Source: Promethearchaeum syntrophicum (GTDB lineage Archaea > Asgardarchaeota > Lokiarchaeia > Sigyniarchaeales > Promethearchaeaceae). From it: a DNA stretch of 32,000 nt. The stretch lies in the NCBI RefSeq assembly GCF_008000775.2, contig NZ_CP042905.2, positions 2,700,001-2,732,000 on the forward strand. Reading direction: 5' to 3'. Positions 15,816-25,489 of the stretch are shown here, piece after piece (position 1 is the stretch's first letter; the number at the start of each line of letters is the position of its first letter). Position numbers and translations under genes: made by a program. Below the pieces are notes generated by a model, which saw nothing but the letters and a program-made list of their open reading frames with translations, searched no databases and was not told where the DNA came from.

Positions 15816-17384
15816 ATGTCAAATAAATATATTTTATCTTATGATCACGGTACATCAGGAATGAAAACGGCAATAATATCTACACAAGGAGAAATAATAG
15901 GTTTTAATGTAGAAGAATACGAATTATTCCATTATGAACAAGGATGTGCTGAGCAAGACCCAAATGATTGGTGGAACTCCCTGATTAAAACTACTCAGGC
16001 ATTGCTCTCGCAAAATTTAGTACCAATTGAAGATATCGTCGCGATATGTAGCTCAAATCAGATGGATGGCACGATTCCCATAGATAAAGAGGGAAATAAT
16101 TTATATAATTGTATAAGTTGGATGGATACTCGAGGGGCTACAGCCGTTCGCGAACTCTGTGGTGGGCCAGTTGCAGAATATAACCCATTTAAGCTTATCA
16201 AATTTCTTAGAAAAACAGGAGCAGCTCCAGGGTTGAGTGGAAAAGATATTCTCGGTCATATTTTATGGTTAAAAGATGCTCATCCTGAAATTTATAAAAA
16301 AACGTGGAAATTTATGGACTGTAAAGATTATCTAAATTTTCGATTAACAGGGAAAGTAGCCACATCTTATGATTGCGCAGTTTTAACATTCCTACTTAAT
16401 ACTCAAGATATTAATAATCTTTATTATGATGAAAAATTGCTTGAAATGGTAAATATTCCCCGAGAAAAATTTCCAGATCCTTACCCCTCTACCCATATTT
16501 TAGGAACTCTAACGGAAGAAGTAGCTGAAACGTTAGGATTAGCGCCATCAACAAAAGTTATAATAGGTGCAGGGGATATGGGTTCAGCTCAGGTCGGTTC
16601 GGGAGCAATTGAATATAATCAAGCACATATTTCAATCGGAAGTTCATCTTGGGTCATGACACATTCGAAAAAGCGAAAAATCGATATTATTCATACTATT
16701 CCCTCCTTACCTGCTGCAATTCCGGGAAGATATATATCTTTTGGTGAACAAGAAAGTGCAGGTATTAATTTATCATGGCTAAGAGATAATATTTTGTATC
16801 ACAAAGATGAATTATTACGAGACGAACAAAAATCGGATGTTTATAAGATATTTGATAGTCTAGTTGAACAAACCGAAGCGGGATCAAAAAAATTAATTTT
16901 TACTCCATGGCTTTGGGGAGAACGTTGTCCGATTGAGGATCACACCATTAGAGGAGGTTTGCATAATGTATCGCTAGAAATTGAGCGAAAACATCTATTG
17001 AGAGCTATTTACGAAGGAGTAGCATATAACTCTAGATGGGTTTTCGAACCTTTAACCAAAATGGTACACAATAGATTGGATCCTATCGTATTAATTGGGG
17101 GAGGTGCAATTTCAGATATTTGGTGTCAAATTTACGCCGATGTTTTAGATCGAACAGTAAAGCAACACGCTCATCCAAAAGAAGGTGTTTGTATAGGAGC
17201 TGCTTTAATTGCATCTGTAGCTTTGGAATATATTACATGGGATCAAATTCCGGATCTGATAAAATACAAAAAGGAATATAAGCCAAATCCTGCAAATCGT
17301 GAGATTTATGATGAATTATTTGCGGAATATAAAGCGATCTATAAAAACAATAAAAAAATGTATCGCAGATTGAACCATTTCTAA
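15816..17384 (+). CDS. FGGY-family carbohydrate kinase, xylulokinase-like
   Basis: YILSYDHGTSGMKTAIIST N-terminal phosphate-binding motif; DQMDGTIPIDKEG, NCISWMDTRGA, GAGDMGSAQVGSGA, and YEGVAYNSRW...LIGGGAISDIWCQIYADVL. Confidence 0.9.
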   Translation: MSNKYILSYDHGTSGMKTAIISTQGEIIGFNVEEYELFHYEQGCAEQDPNDWWNSLIKTTQALLSQNLVPIEDIVAICSSNQMDGTIPIDKEGNNLYNCISWMDTRGATAVRELCGGPVAEYNPFKLIKFLRKTGAAPGLSGKDILGHILWLKDAHPEIYKKTWKFMDCKDYLNFRLTGKVATSYDCAVLTFLLNTQDINNLYYDEKLLEMVNIPREKFPDPYPSTHILGTLTEEVAETLGLAPSTKVIIGAGDMGSAQVGSGAIEYNQAHISIGSSSWVMTHSKKRKIDIIHTIPSLPAAIPGRYISFGEQESAGINLSWLRDNILYHKDELLRDEQKSDVYKIFDSLVEQTEAGSKKLIFTPWLWGERCPIEDHTIRGGLHNVSLEIERKHLLRAIYEGVAYNSRWVFEPLTKMVHNRLDPIVLIGGGAISDIWCQIYADVLDRTVKQHAHPKEGVCIGAALIASVALEYITWDQIPDLIKYKKEYKPNPANREIYDELFAEYKAIYKNNKKMYRRLNHF

Positions 17385-17398
17385 GAATATACTACCTA

Positions 17399-18058
17399 TT
17401 ATGAATTTTGAGCAATTCTGTTTTTTTCTTCAGGTGGTAGACAATCGAAGCACATTGAATTTTGGATTTTTTTATAATTCTTTTTACAGATAGGACATAA
17501 ATCATGCCCATTTTCTAAAGCATAATGACATACTTTGCAGAGAATAATTGTGTCTTGCGCGAGATTCATATAATTGGGAATAGGGGGTGCATGTTTTTCT
17601 TCCAATATTGTGTTTATTTCATCTCGATACTTCCAAATAAAAATTCGGATCCCCCTTTTTCCAAGATTGAAGTTATATTTTACCTCAATTTTTGTATTAG
17701 ATTCATCCAATTTCTGGAATTTTTGACATTTCTTGCAGGTAACGTTCTTATATTTATTATTGGAAACTATTTGCTGATTATCGCATAATGGGCAATGGAA
17801 AAATCTTTCTTTTTTTCCTTGGAACGGAATTTCTCCTGATCGCATTTTACTCTCTATCAACTGCTTAACTACCCTCCGTTCCATAATATTTCGCAATGAA
17901 CGTTCGGTGTAATGATGGTGGATTTGGAGATCGTGTTTTTTCCCACATTGCTGACAAAATTGATCCTGAATTAGTTTTTTTCTTTGATCTTTCCATTCTT
18001 TAGTATTCCAACTTCGGGAATATTTGGCAGTCATGAAAATAAATAATGGTATAAGCAA
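17399..18058 (-). CDS. HNH-nuclease-like protein with zinc-ribbon segments
   Basis: FCQQCGKKHDLQIHHHY resembles an HNH start; further Cys pairs HCPLCDN...CKKCQ, LCKVCHYALENGHDLCPICKK and CFDCLPPEEK. Confidence 0.5.
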   Translation of the reverse strand: MLIPLFIFMTAKYSRSWNTKEWKDQRKKLIQDQFCQQCGKKHDLQIHHHYTERSLRNIMERRVVKQLIESKMRSGEIPFQGKKERFFHCPLCDNQQIVSNNKYKNVTCKKCQKFQKLDESNTKIEVKYNFNLGKRGIRIFIWKYRDEINTILEEKHAPPIPNYMNLAQDTIILCKVCHYALENGHDLCPICKKNYKKIQNSMCFDCLPPEEKNRIAQNS

Positions 18059-18082
18059 TAAAAAAAAAATTAATCTGAAAGA

Positions 18083-19537
18083 TCAAGCTTGAATATTTGA
18101 GAAGATTCGATCAAATCGCAATAAAGCCTCATCAATGATTTCATTTGAATCCATCATATTCATATACATACGACTCCCAGCAAGAGTGATCATACCTTCA
18201 GCCATCATTGCTGCTCCCATCTCACTCATTGCATGCTTTCGATCCATTGCTTCCTTTAACGCGCCATCTACACTAACATCCACTAACATGGCTCCTGCGG
18301 TCTCAATATGACATAATGATCCTTGATTATAGGCAACAAAAGGTAAATTATATCTTCCAATAATTTTATTTAACCCACTAATTAGCCGATCTCCTGCTAA
18401 GGCTGCTTTATAATATGCTTCATTTCTCTCGATTTCTTTTATTGCCCAATAACCCGCAACGCATGTTAAGGGGTTAGCGCTAAGGGTTCCTCCGATATAT
18501 GCGCGATGTTTTCCTGTTTCAACACCTGCAGCGAGATATTTAATAATTTCTTCATGACCGCCAACACCTCCAGCCATTGGATATCCGCCAGCAACTATTT
18601 TTCCAAAGGTTGTTAAATCTGGATCAACATTAAAATATCCTTGAGCCCCTCCCATCCCTGATCTAAAACCAGTCACAACTTCATCAAAAACAAGAAGCGT
18701 ATCGTATTGAGTACATAATTCTCGTGCTTGTTTACAAAAGTCCTTAACTCTTGGTCTAGTTCCTGATTCGGGACCAAAAGGTTCCAAAAAGACTGCGGCT
18801 GTACCACCCTTCTTTTCACTTCTCTTTAATAAATCTTCTAAAGCCTCAATATCATTTGGGAAAAATTCTTGAGTATATTTAAGAGCGCCATGTGGAATTC
18901 CATGAGCTTCATAATCACCTGTTCCGGGAATATGTAATCCATAAACAAATTGATCTGACCATCCATGGTATGCCCCTCCTTCTTTGATAATTCTTTTCTT
19001 CTTTGTGTATACTCTTGCTAAACGTGCTATTGCCATGTTAGATTCTGTTCCGCTTCCGAGCATACGAAACATTTCTACACTGGGCATATGAGAACTTATT
19101 AACTCCGCTAATTTCAATTCATATTCATGAAATAATCCAGTAACGGGCCCACATTCATTAAGAACCTCAATCACTTTCTCACGGACAGGGGTCCAATTAC
19201 TTCCTAAAAGAGTAGGGCCCCCTGCTTGAAGAAAATCAATATATTTATTTCCATCCATATCCCACATATAAGCGCCATCAGCTTTTGAAATACAAATTGG
19301 AAAAGGATAATTAAAAGCTAAATTATGTTGAACTCCACCGGGGATTAATTTTTTTGCTCTTTCTGTTATTTCTTTTGATTTCTGACAATTGGATTCAAAA
19401 TAATTCAAATATTCCTTCATTTTATCCTTTTTTATTGTTTTAATTGGCTGTTTTACCAAGTTATCAAGTTTTCCTAAAATATCTTGTGCTTTTGGCCAAT
19501 AAGTTAACCCAAATTTTTTTTGATTCATAAATATCAC
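18083..19537 (-). CDS. Class-III PLP-dependent aminotransferase, glutamate-1-semialdehyde 2,1-aminomutase-like
   Basis: AKKLIPGGVQHNLAFNYPFPICISKADGAYMWDMDGNKYIDF; LLVFDEVVTGFR; TTFGKIVAGGYPMAGGVGG with the PLP lysine. Confidence 0.88.
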   Translation of the reverse strand: MIFMNQKKFGLTYWPKAQDILGKLDNLVKQPIKTIKKDKMKEYLNYFESNCQKSKEITERAKKLIPGGVQHNLAFNYPFPICISKADGAYMWDMDGNKYIDFLQAGGPTLLGSNWTPVREKVIEVLNECGPVTGLFHEYELKLAELISSHMPSVEMFRMLGSGTESNMAIARLARVYTKKKRIIKEGGAYHGWSDQFVYGLHIPGTGDYEAHGIPHGALKYTQEFFPNDIEALEDLLKRSEKKGGTAAVFLEPFGPESGTRPRVKDFCKQARELCTQYDTLLVFDEVVTGFRSGMGGAQGYFNVDPDLTTFGKIVAGGYPMAGGVGGHEEIIKYLAAGVETGKHRAYIGGTLSANPLTCVAGYWAIKEIERNEAYYKAALAGDRLISGLNKIIGRYNLPFVAYNQGSLCHIETAGAMLVDVSVDGALKEAMDRKHAMSEMGAAMMAEGMITLAGSRMYMNMMDSNEIIDEALLRFDRIFSNIQA

Positions 19538-19643
19538 TTCATTCGATAATATAATTTCGTCTCATTCCTATTATAACTCTTTTTATGGAATAATTGTATT
19601 TTTTTAGTGAAAATCTCTAGGTCAAATTTGTTAAAAAAAAAAA

Positions 19644-20387
19644 TTAGGATTTTATAAATGGATTTTTCTCATCAAAGATAACATATAATGCTAAATCCAC
19701 AATTTGATGTTCACTATCAATTTTAAGAACGTCCACTATGGTTCGTCCTCCATAGATTGGCGGAATTAAATGTTCAAACCACATTTCAAATAAACCGGCA
19801 ATTATGTAATAATGCGCAAACCCATTCTCAATCACATCTTCAGATAGTACATAACCACCTTCAAATGATATAATCGCGGCTAAATTCGTTAGTTTATCTG
19901 GAAATCCATCCTTATCAAGTCTAATATCGTCTTTGAATGTCTCAACTGGGAGTGTCACCTGTAGTACTTTTAGGGTTGTTTCAATAATATCTGATAAATG
20001 ATGGGATTGTTTTTTGAAATTAGCATCTTTTGATAAATCAGGGAATTTCATCATTGGATAGGTAATTTTACCTAATTCTTTGAAATTCTGCTTACCTTCT
20101 GGATTTCTAATATCCCATTTCTCCCCACCCACAATTTTTAACCCTTGTAAGATAGCTTGGTATTGAAATCCATAGATTGTTTGGGGTCGTATTCGTTCTT
20201 TGAGTATATAAGATTTATCTGGTTGCTTGCAAATAGATCCCTTCATTTCTAAAAGATCTAAATATCTATAAACAGAATTTCTGGAGACCTTTAATAATTT
20301 CTGAAGTTGTCCAATTCGGAGTCCGTCAGGGTTTCGATCTAAAATCCGTAAGATTTTTTCTTGGATTGATTCTCCTTTCTTAGTCAT
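19644..20387 (-). CDS. HTH domain transcriptional regulator
   Basis: N-terminal helix-turn-helix: EKILRILDRNPDGLRIGQLQKLLKVSRNSVYRYLDLLEMKGSI. Confidence 0.7.
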   Translation of the reverse strand: MTKKGESIQEKILRILDRNPDGLRIGQLQKLLKVSRNSVYRYLDLLEMKGSICKQPDKSYILKERIRPQTIYGFQYQAILQGLKIVGGEKWDIRNPEGKQNFKELGKITYPMMKFPDLSKDANFKKQSHHLSDIIETTLKVLQVTLPVETFKDDIRLDKDGFPDKLTNLAAIISFEGGYVLSEDVIENGFAHYYIIAGLFEMWFEHLIPPIYGGRTIVDVLKIDSEHQIVDLALYVIFDEKNPFIKS

Positions 20388-20692
20388 TTAATTCACTTAT
20401 TTCTTTTTTGATAAAAAATGTTTATTTTCTTATATTAAAACAGAACAAATAAATCTTAAATTTCTTTCTTTTTTTAATCAAATTTAGTCAAAAATAAATT
20501 TTTGTTGTGTTTACTCAAGGTTAAGGCATTTTTAAAGTGTTTAAGTATTAAAAAAATATCGTAATTTCTCGATTGGTTAGCTATTTTATTATTTTCTATA
20601 TTCCTTCAAGATAAAAGATTAATAAGCTAAATTACCATAAAGTAATTAATTGTTTCAAATATCTTAAATTATTCAAGATAAAGGTTAAAATT

Positions 20693-21376
20693 ATGACAGA
20701 TCAAATTCATTGCCCTCAATGTGGGGCACTTGCTAAGCACGATCAAAAATTCTGTGAAAGTTGTGGATCAGAAATACCCCAAGGAATTTCAATTGAAAAA
20801 AAACAAGATTATACATCGAATGTTGGATTATTTGATCCTTCCCATTTGAACTACGTTCTTCAAGAAAAATACTGGGATTTCGGGAGTGGGCCTATTTATG
20901 ATGAGGGCGGTAATCAAATTGGAAAGATGAAAAGAAAATTGTTATCTCTTCGCGCGAAAATAGAACTTCTAGAAATGAATGGCCATATTGGTGCCTCAAT
21001 TCATAGAAAAATAGTCGCAATTAAACCTAGTTATGATTTGAAAGATGAAAACGAAGTGTTAATTGCACGATTTCAAAAAACTCTACTTTCTGTATTTAGA
21101 CCTAAATTTGAATTAAAAGATCCTAACGGAAATATAATTTTTACTGCATTCGGGAAATTCATGGGATTTGATTTTGAGATCTATAAAGGTTCGGATAATT
21201 TAAAACAAAATTTAATTGCCGAAATCCATAAAACAGATAGATGGAAAGATGTCTTCTTTGGAGGTATAATAGATTTTAAGGATACTTATGCAATTAGGGT
21301 TCATGATAAATCTGTAGATCGACGTTTATTGCTGGGATTTGTAATTACGATCGATAACGTATTGCACGATCAATAA
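20693..21376 (+). CDS. Zinc-ribbon plus LURP-one/Tubby-C-like domain protein
   Basis: IHCPQCGALAKHDQKFCESCGSEI, then KRKLLSLRAKIELLEMNGHIGASIHRKI and YAIRVHDKSVDRRLLLGFVITIDNVLHD, resembling the LURP-one-related family. Confidence 0.7.
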   Translation: MTDQIHCPQCGALAKHDQKFCESCGSEIPQGISIEKKQDYTSNVGLFDPSHLNYVLQEKYWDFGSGPIYDEGGNQIGKMKRKLLSLRAKIELLEMNGHIGASIHRKIVAIKPSYDLKDENEVLIARFQKTLLSVFRPKFELKDPNGNIIFTAFGKFMGFDFEIYKGSDNLKQNLIAEIHKTDRWKDVFFGGIIDFKDTYAIRVHDKSVDRRLLLGFVITIDNVLHDQ

Positions 21377-21395
21377 TTTCTTACAGATTGAGAAA

Positions 21396-21971
21396 ATGGA
21401 GCAATATGAGAAAATGGAGTGTCAATATTTAATTCAAAATGCTGAAGTAACGCATACTTTGAAATTAATTCAAGGAGATATTACCGAACGGGAAACCGAT
21501 GCGATTGTTAATGCCGCCAACATTAATTTAGTTTTAGGGTCGGGAGTAGCAGGAGCCATTCGCAGAAAAGGGGGAAAATCAATACAAGAAGAATGTAATC
21601 AAATCGGAAGCTGTGAAGTTGGTGGTGCTGTTATTACTACAGGGGGAAATTTAAATGTTAAACATGTGATTCATGCAATCGGTCCAATTTACAAGCAATA
21701 TCCCCCAAAAGAAGCGGAATTACATCTCTCCAATGCAATAAAAAATAGTTTAGAAATTTTACAAGATAATAAACTCTCAAGTATTTCTTTTCCTGCTATT
21801 TCAACTGGAGTGTATGGTTTTCCAAAACATCCCGCTGCAGATATTATAATTTCAACAATCATTCGGTTTTTAAAAACTTCATTAATTCAATTGAGTGTAG
21901 AAATCTGCCTTTTTTCAAGTGATGATTATAACATTTTTAACAATAAAGCCCGTATGATATTAAAAAAATGA
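21396..21971 (+). CDS. Macrodomain (ADP-ribose-binding/hydrolase) protein
   Basis: IQGDITERETDAIVNAANINLVLGSGVAGAIRRKGG...SISFPAISTGVYGFPKHPAA. Confidence 0.95.
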   Translation: MEQYEKMECQYLIQNAEVTHTLKLIQGDITERETDAIVNAANINLVLGSGVAGAIRRKGGKSIQEECNQIGSCEVGGAVITTGGNLNVKHVIHAIGPIYKQYPPKEAELHLSNAIKNSLEILQDNKLSSISFPAISTGVYGFPKHPAADIIISTIIRFLKTSLIQLSVEICLFSSDDYNIFNNKARMILKK

Positions 21972-22164
21972 AAACAAACACAATAATATTTAAGATAACA
22001 AATTAAAATATAACTTAAGACCAAACGCTTGTAGAGCATAAAGGTCCAGAAATAATTTCACAATCAGATCACTTATACTCCATAACGAATTCTAGCTATA
22101 TTAAATCGTTAACGTTGATCTGGCTAAAAATTTGCTTCGAAAATAAAAAGAGGAAGAAAAAACC

Positions 22165-23160
22165 TTGGCGATGATGGACGATTATAAAGATTTTAGATGT
22201 TTTTCTTTACTTGATGATGGGGAAAAAGAAGAGATTGAAGTTGAGCAAGAAAAAATTGAAGAATTGTTTGATACTGATAAAGTCTTTCTGCTAGTTCGCT
22301 ACGACCTCAGAAGATTGTTCATCTGGAAAGGCCCCCGCGCCCCTGTTCGAAAACGTTTTATTTCTTCACGTGTAGGGGCACAATTACAGCAAGAATCAGC
22401 GAAAGTCGCCATGCATTTGAAGATTGTGAGCGTAGATGCAGGAGATGAACCCGTTGAGTTCCTCCGCGTATTCAAATTAGATCCGTATGAAGTGGACGAG
22501 CAAGAAAAGATCGAGGATATGTATTATATACGGAATGATGAACGTCGCAAGATAGAAGAAGCGGAAATTGCAGCTAAAATTAAAGCGAAAAAGGGGAAAA
22601 AGAAGAAAGAATATTGGTCGCCTGTGTTAGAGGAAGAAAAAAGATTAGAACAAATGCAAAAAGCCAAAGCGAAAGCGATTTCAACGAAAGCTAAAGCTCC
22701 CGTGAAAGCATCTAAAAAATCAGTAGCCAAACCAAAAACTAGTACATCTACATCCCGACAAACACAACCTCCAAGGAAAAAATTTGCTGAGCATATACCA
22801 TCTATGGATACCCTAACAAAAGATGCAGAAAAACTAGTTCTAAAAGAAATTCTTAAAGCAGATTGCCCAAAGGGATTCAAACGCTTAAATATTGTAGTTG
22901 AATCTTCCCTTTATGGTCCAAAAAAAGTGACCTCTGAGCTTTTTGGAAAGAAAATTGAAGAAATTGAATGGGACAGAATTAAAAAAATTCCTGAGGGTAG
23001 TTTTGACATCGAATCGGGTCAGCTTAGAATTCGTGCTAAAAACAATAAAATACAAGGAATTGAAATTTTTACTAAATCTACTAATACCAAAGAAAAAACT
23101 GGCAAAAATACTGCTAAAAAGAGCACAAAAAGGAAATTAAATACAATACCTACTGGTTAG
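22165..23160 (+). CDS. Protein with one gelsolin-like domain, a Lys/Ala-rich linker and a C-terminal domain
   Basis: DKVFLLVRYDLRRLFIWKGPRAPVRKRFISSRVGAQLQQESAKVAMHLKIVSVDAGDEPVEFLRVF matches the gelsolin repeat pattern. A single helix was not checked structurally. Confidence 0.75.
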   Translation: MAMMDDYKDFRCFSLLDDGEKEEIEVEQEKIEELFDTDKVFLLVRYDLRRLFIWKGPRAPVRKRFISSRVGAQLQQESAKVAMHLKIVSVDAGDEPVEFLRVFKLDPYEVDEQEKIEDMYYIRNDERRKIEEAEIAAKIKAKKGKKKKEYWSPVLEEEKRLEQMQKAKAKAISTKAKAPVKASKKSVAKPKTSTSTSRQTQPPRKKFAEHIPSMDTLTKDAEKLVLKEILKADCPKGFKRLNIVVESSLYGPKKVTSELFGKKIEEIEWDRIKKIPEGSFDIESGQLRIRAKNNKIQGIEIFTKSTNTKEKTGKNTAKKSTKRKLNTIPTG

Positions 23161-23164
23161 AATT

Positions 23165-23175
23165 AATTTTTTTTT
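23165..23175 (+). terminator. Poly-T tract after the gelsolin-like gene, possible terminator
   Basis: T run immediately 3' of the stop codon. Confidence 0.3.
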
Positions 23176-23514
23176 ACTTTCTTATTAATTTCAATATATG
23201 TTTTACATTTGAGTAAAATAACCTCTTGTTAAAATTTTATTAGACAAAAGCGTTTTGAACGAAATAATTAAGGAAATAGTCTCATTTTCAAACAATATTT
23301 TTTTACCTCTATTTTCTATTTATATTCTAGCTACTTTACGGATAAGTCTGATTTAATCATCTCAACATAATCATTCGTCAATAGAATTAAACTAAACATA
23401 TAAAAAAAAGATTAAGACTTATAAAGATCCAAAAATAACTTTACACTATCGATTTTATTAAGTTTGCGTCTATATATTCTTATATAAAATTTCGAAAAAA
23501 AAAAGCGAATGATT

Positions 23515-24348
23515 ATGGATGTAATAGAAAAAAATAATAAATTAGGTGGATTGCTGGCAATTATCGGAGCAATCTTAGGAATTGCTCTAAATTATCTGTT
23601 TTTTACCTCTTATTATAAACCTTTAATAGCAGCTCAAGCAGAAATATGTGGACCCGGTTGTGTGATGGTTATCACTTATCTTCTCCCTGCTTTCACGGAT
23701 ATCGGAATAATTGCAGGAGTTCTCTACTTTATTGGTGCGATCGGATTCTTTAATAAAAAAAAATGGGCTTATAATGTAGCAGTTATTGCTAATGTATTAG
23801 CATTGTGGACAAGTTTTTGGCCATCGATTCCTATATTGGATGCAATGGGAAAAATGGAAAATGGTCCTGGGTTCTTTCCGGTTTATATATTTATATTTCT
23901 CCCAAATATCATCTTGTACTTTCTTATAAATGGCGCAACTGGAAAACGTAATATAGGTCGATTAATAGTAGGTTTATTGACAGGAATGGCATTTATCATG
24001 GCTTTCATTAATGGAACTGCTAGTCTTAATATTATGTACGTCAAGGGATTAGCCAGTTTGGACAATACTCTATATGTGATGGCAAACCGCCTATTCTGGC
24101 TTGCAGCTTTTGGGTATGGATTAATTACTGTAGGTATTATGTGCTTTCCAAAAGAATGGGTGAGAATGCTTGGAATTGGATGTGCAATAATCTGTATGTT
24201 ATTTGGATTCCCAATGGGAATTATTACGACTTTAGCAAAAGGAGAAATTTCAATGTACTTAGGAGCTCCAGTAATGAGTTTAGTTTTAGTATTAATATTC
24301 TTAATTCCAGGAATATGGAAGAAAATCATTAAACCTGATGAGAAATGA
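23515..24348 (+). CDS. Multi-pass membrane protein of unknown function
   Basis: Six to eight hydrophobic segments; MDVIEKNNKLGGLLAIIGAILGIALNYLFF. Confidence 0.7.
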   Translation: MDVIEKNNKLGGLLAIIGAILGIALNYLFFTSYYKPLIAAQAEICGPGCVMVITYLLPAFTDIGIIAGVLYFIGAIGFFNKKKWAYNVAVIANVLALWTSFWPSIPILDAMGKMENGPGFFPVYIFIFLPNIILYFLINGATGKRNIGRLIVGLLTGMAFIMAFINGTASLNIMYVKGLASLDNTLYVMANRLFWLAAFGYGLITVGIMCFPKEWVRMLGIGCAIICMLFGFPMGIITTLAKGEISMYLGAPVMSLVLVLIFLIPGIWKKIIKPDEK

Positions 24349-24370
24349 AGTGAAAAGAGTAGAATAAAAT

Positions 24371-24386
24371 ATTCTTTTTTTTTTTA
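24371..24386 (+). terminator. Poly-T tract, possible terminator
   Basis: ATTCTTTTTTTTTTTATA about 25 bp after the stop codon. Confidence 0.35.
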
Positions 24387-24472
24387 TATTATTGTATATT
24401 TTTTAACGTTTCCGTTTTTTACCTTTATCAATAAAGGTAATTTTTTTATAAAAACAATAAGTTGTATTCAGT

Positions 24473-25126
24473 ATGAGTGAAGAAATTGTCCAATTAAATT
24501 TTTCAATACTTGTTCCTCCTAAAAAATGGCTATCAAAATTTAGTCTCTTATTTCCTCAATTACAATTTAATTTAATGTCTATGGTTCCGATCTCAAAAAA
24601 TCAAGGCAATCTTTTGCTTCAGATTAAAGGACTTAAACTTAATCAATTTTGGGAGAAATTTACTAAAACATCAGAGAAGATAAACTATAATCTGATTTTT
24701 CAAGATAAAAATTCAATATTGATGAATATATTAATGGGTGATCCTTGGATTCTCCAAACAATTTTTGATGCCCAATTACTTTTACAGTTCCCCTTTCTAC
24801 TGATGAATGGAAAAATATTTCTCCAGCTAGTAGGTTCTCGAAAAAAAATTGATGAATTATTTAGCAGTAATGCACATTGGAAAGAAATAGACATTTCAAT
24901 AAAAAAAATCAGAAAATATTGTCCAGATTCATTATTAACACCACGCCAATTTGAAATCTTAAATCAATCTTTAAATAATGGTTTTTTTGATATTCCAAGA
25001 AAAAAATCACTTAGTGTTTTAGCTGAAGAAATAGGAATATCTCCTTCCGCTCTATCTGAAAATATCAGAAGAATAAATAAGAAACTTGCCGAACACTATA
25101 TAAGTTGTATAGATTTACCGAATTAA
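24473..25126 (+). CDS. HTH_10 (bacterio-opsin activator-like) transcriptional regulator
   Basis: LLTPRQFEILNQSLNNGFFDIPRKKSLSVLAEEIGISPSALSENIRRINKKL, a typical Bat-type C-terminal HTH. Confidence 0.85.
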   Translation: MSEEIVQLNFSILVPPKKWLSKFSLLFPQLQFNLMSMVPISKNQGNLLLQIKGLKLNQFWEKFTKTSEKINYNLIFQDKNSILMNILMGDPWILQTIFDAQLLLQFPFLLMNGKIFLQLVGSRKKIDELFSSNAHWKEIDISIKKIRKYCPDSLLTPRQFEILNQSLNNGFFDIPRKKSLSVLAEEIGISPSALSENIRRINKKLAEHYISCIDLPN

Positions 25127-25294
25127 TATTAAGATCACAATTATTAATTTTTTCCTTTATAAATAAATCACCTTACGGATAAATTCACTTAAATATCCAA
25201 TGATTTCGTAGAATATTTTAGAAACTTGTAGAAGATTATAACAATTGTATGAAATCATCGAATCTATGTTTTAATTTTTTTTTTCTAATTTATA

Positions 25295-25350
25295 AATCAC
25301 TTACTTCACTAGTGAATTTCCTTAAATATCAGCAAAATTATACGAACCAT
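25295..25350. promoter_or_regulatory. Conserved upstream element with palindrome TTCACTAGTGAA
   Basis: Shares an extended pattern with 27011-27070 (ACTTYACTAGTGA...CTTAWATATCA...AAAATATAC..AAC....ATCGCTT). Confidence 0.6.
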
Positions 25351-25489
25351 ATTATCGCTTGTGTAATACGTTTTAATAGTGAAAAAAAGAAAAACCCTTT
25401 TATGGTTAAGAAAATAATTGTATTTATAAGTTTTTGGTAAGTTTATTTCATGCTTTTTACATTAAAAAATAGAAAATGGTGAGAAATGA

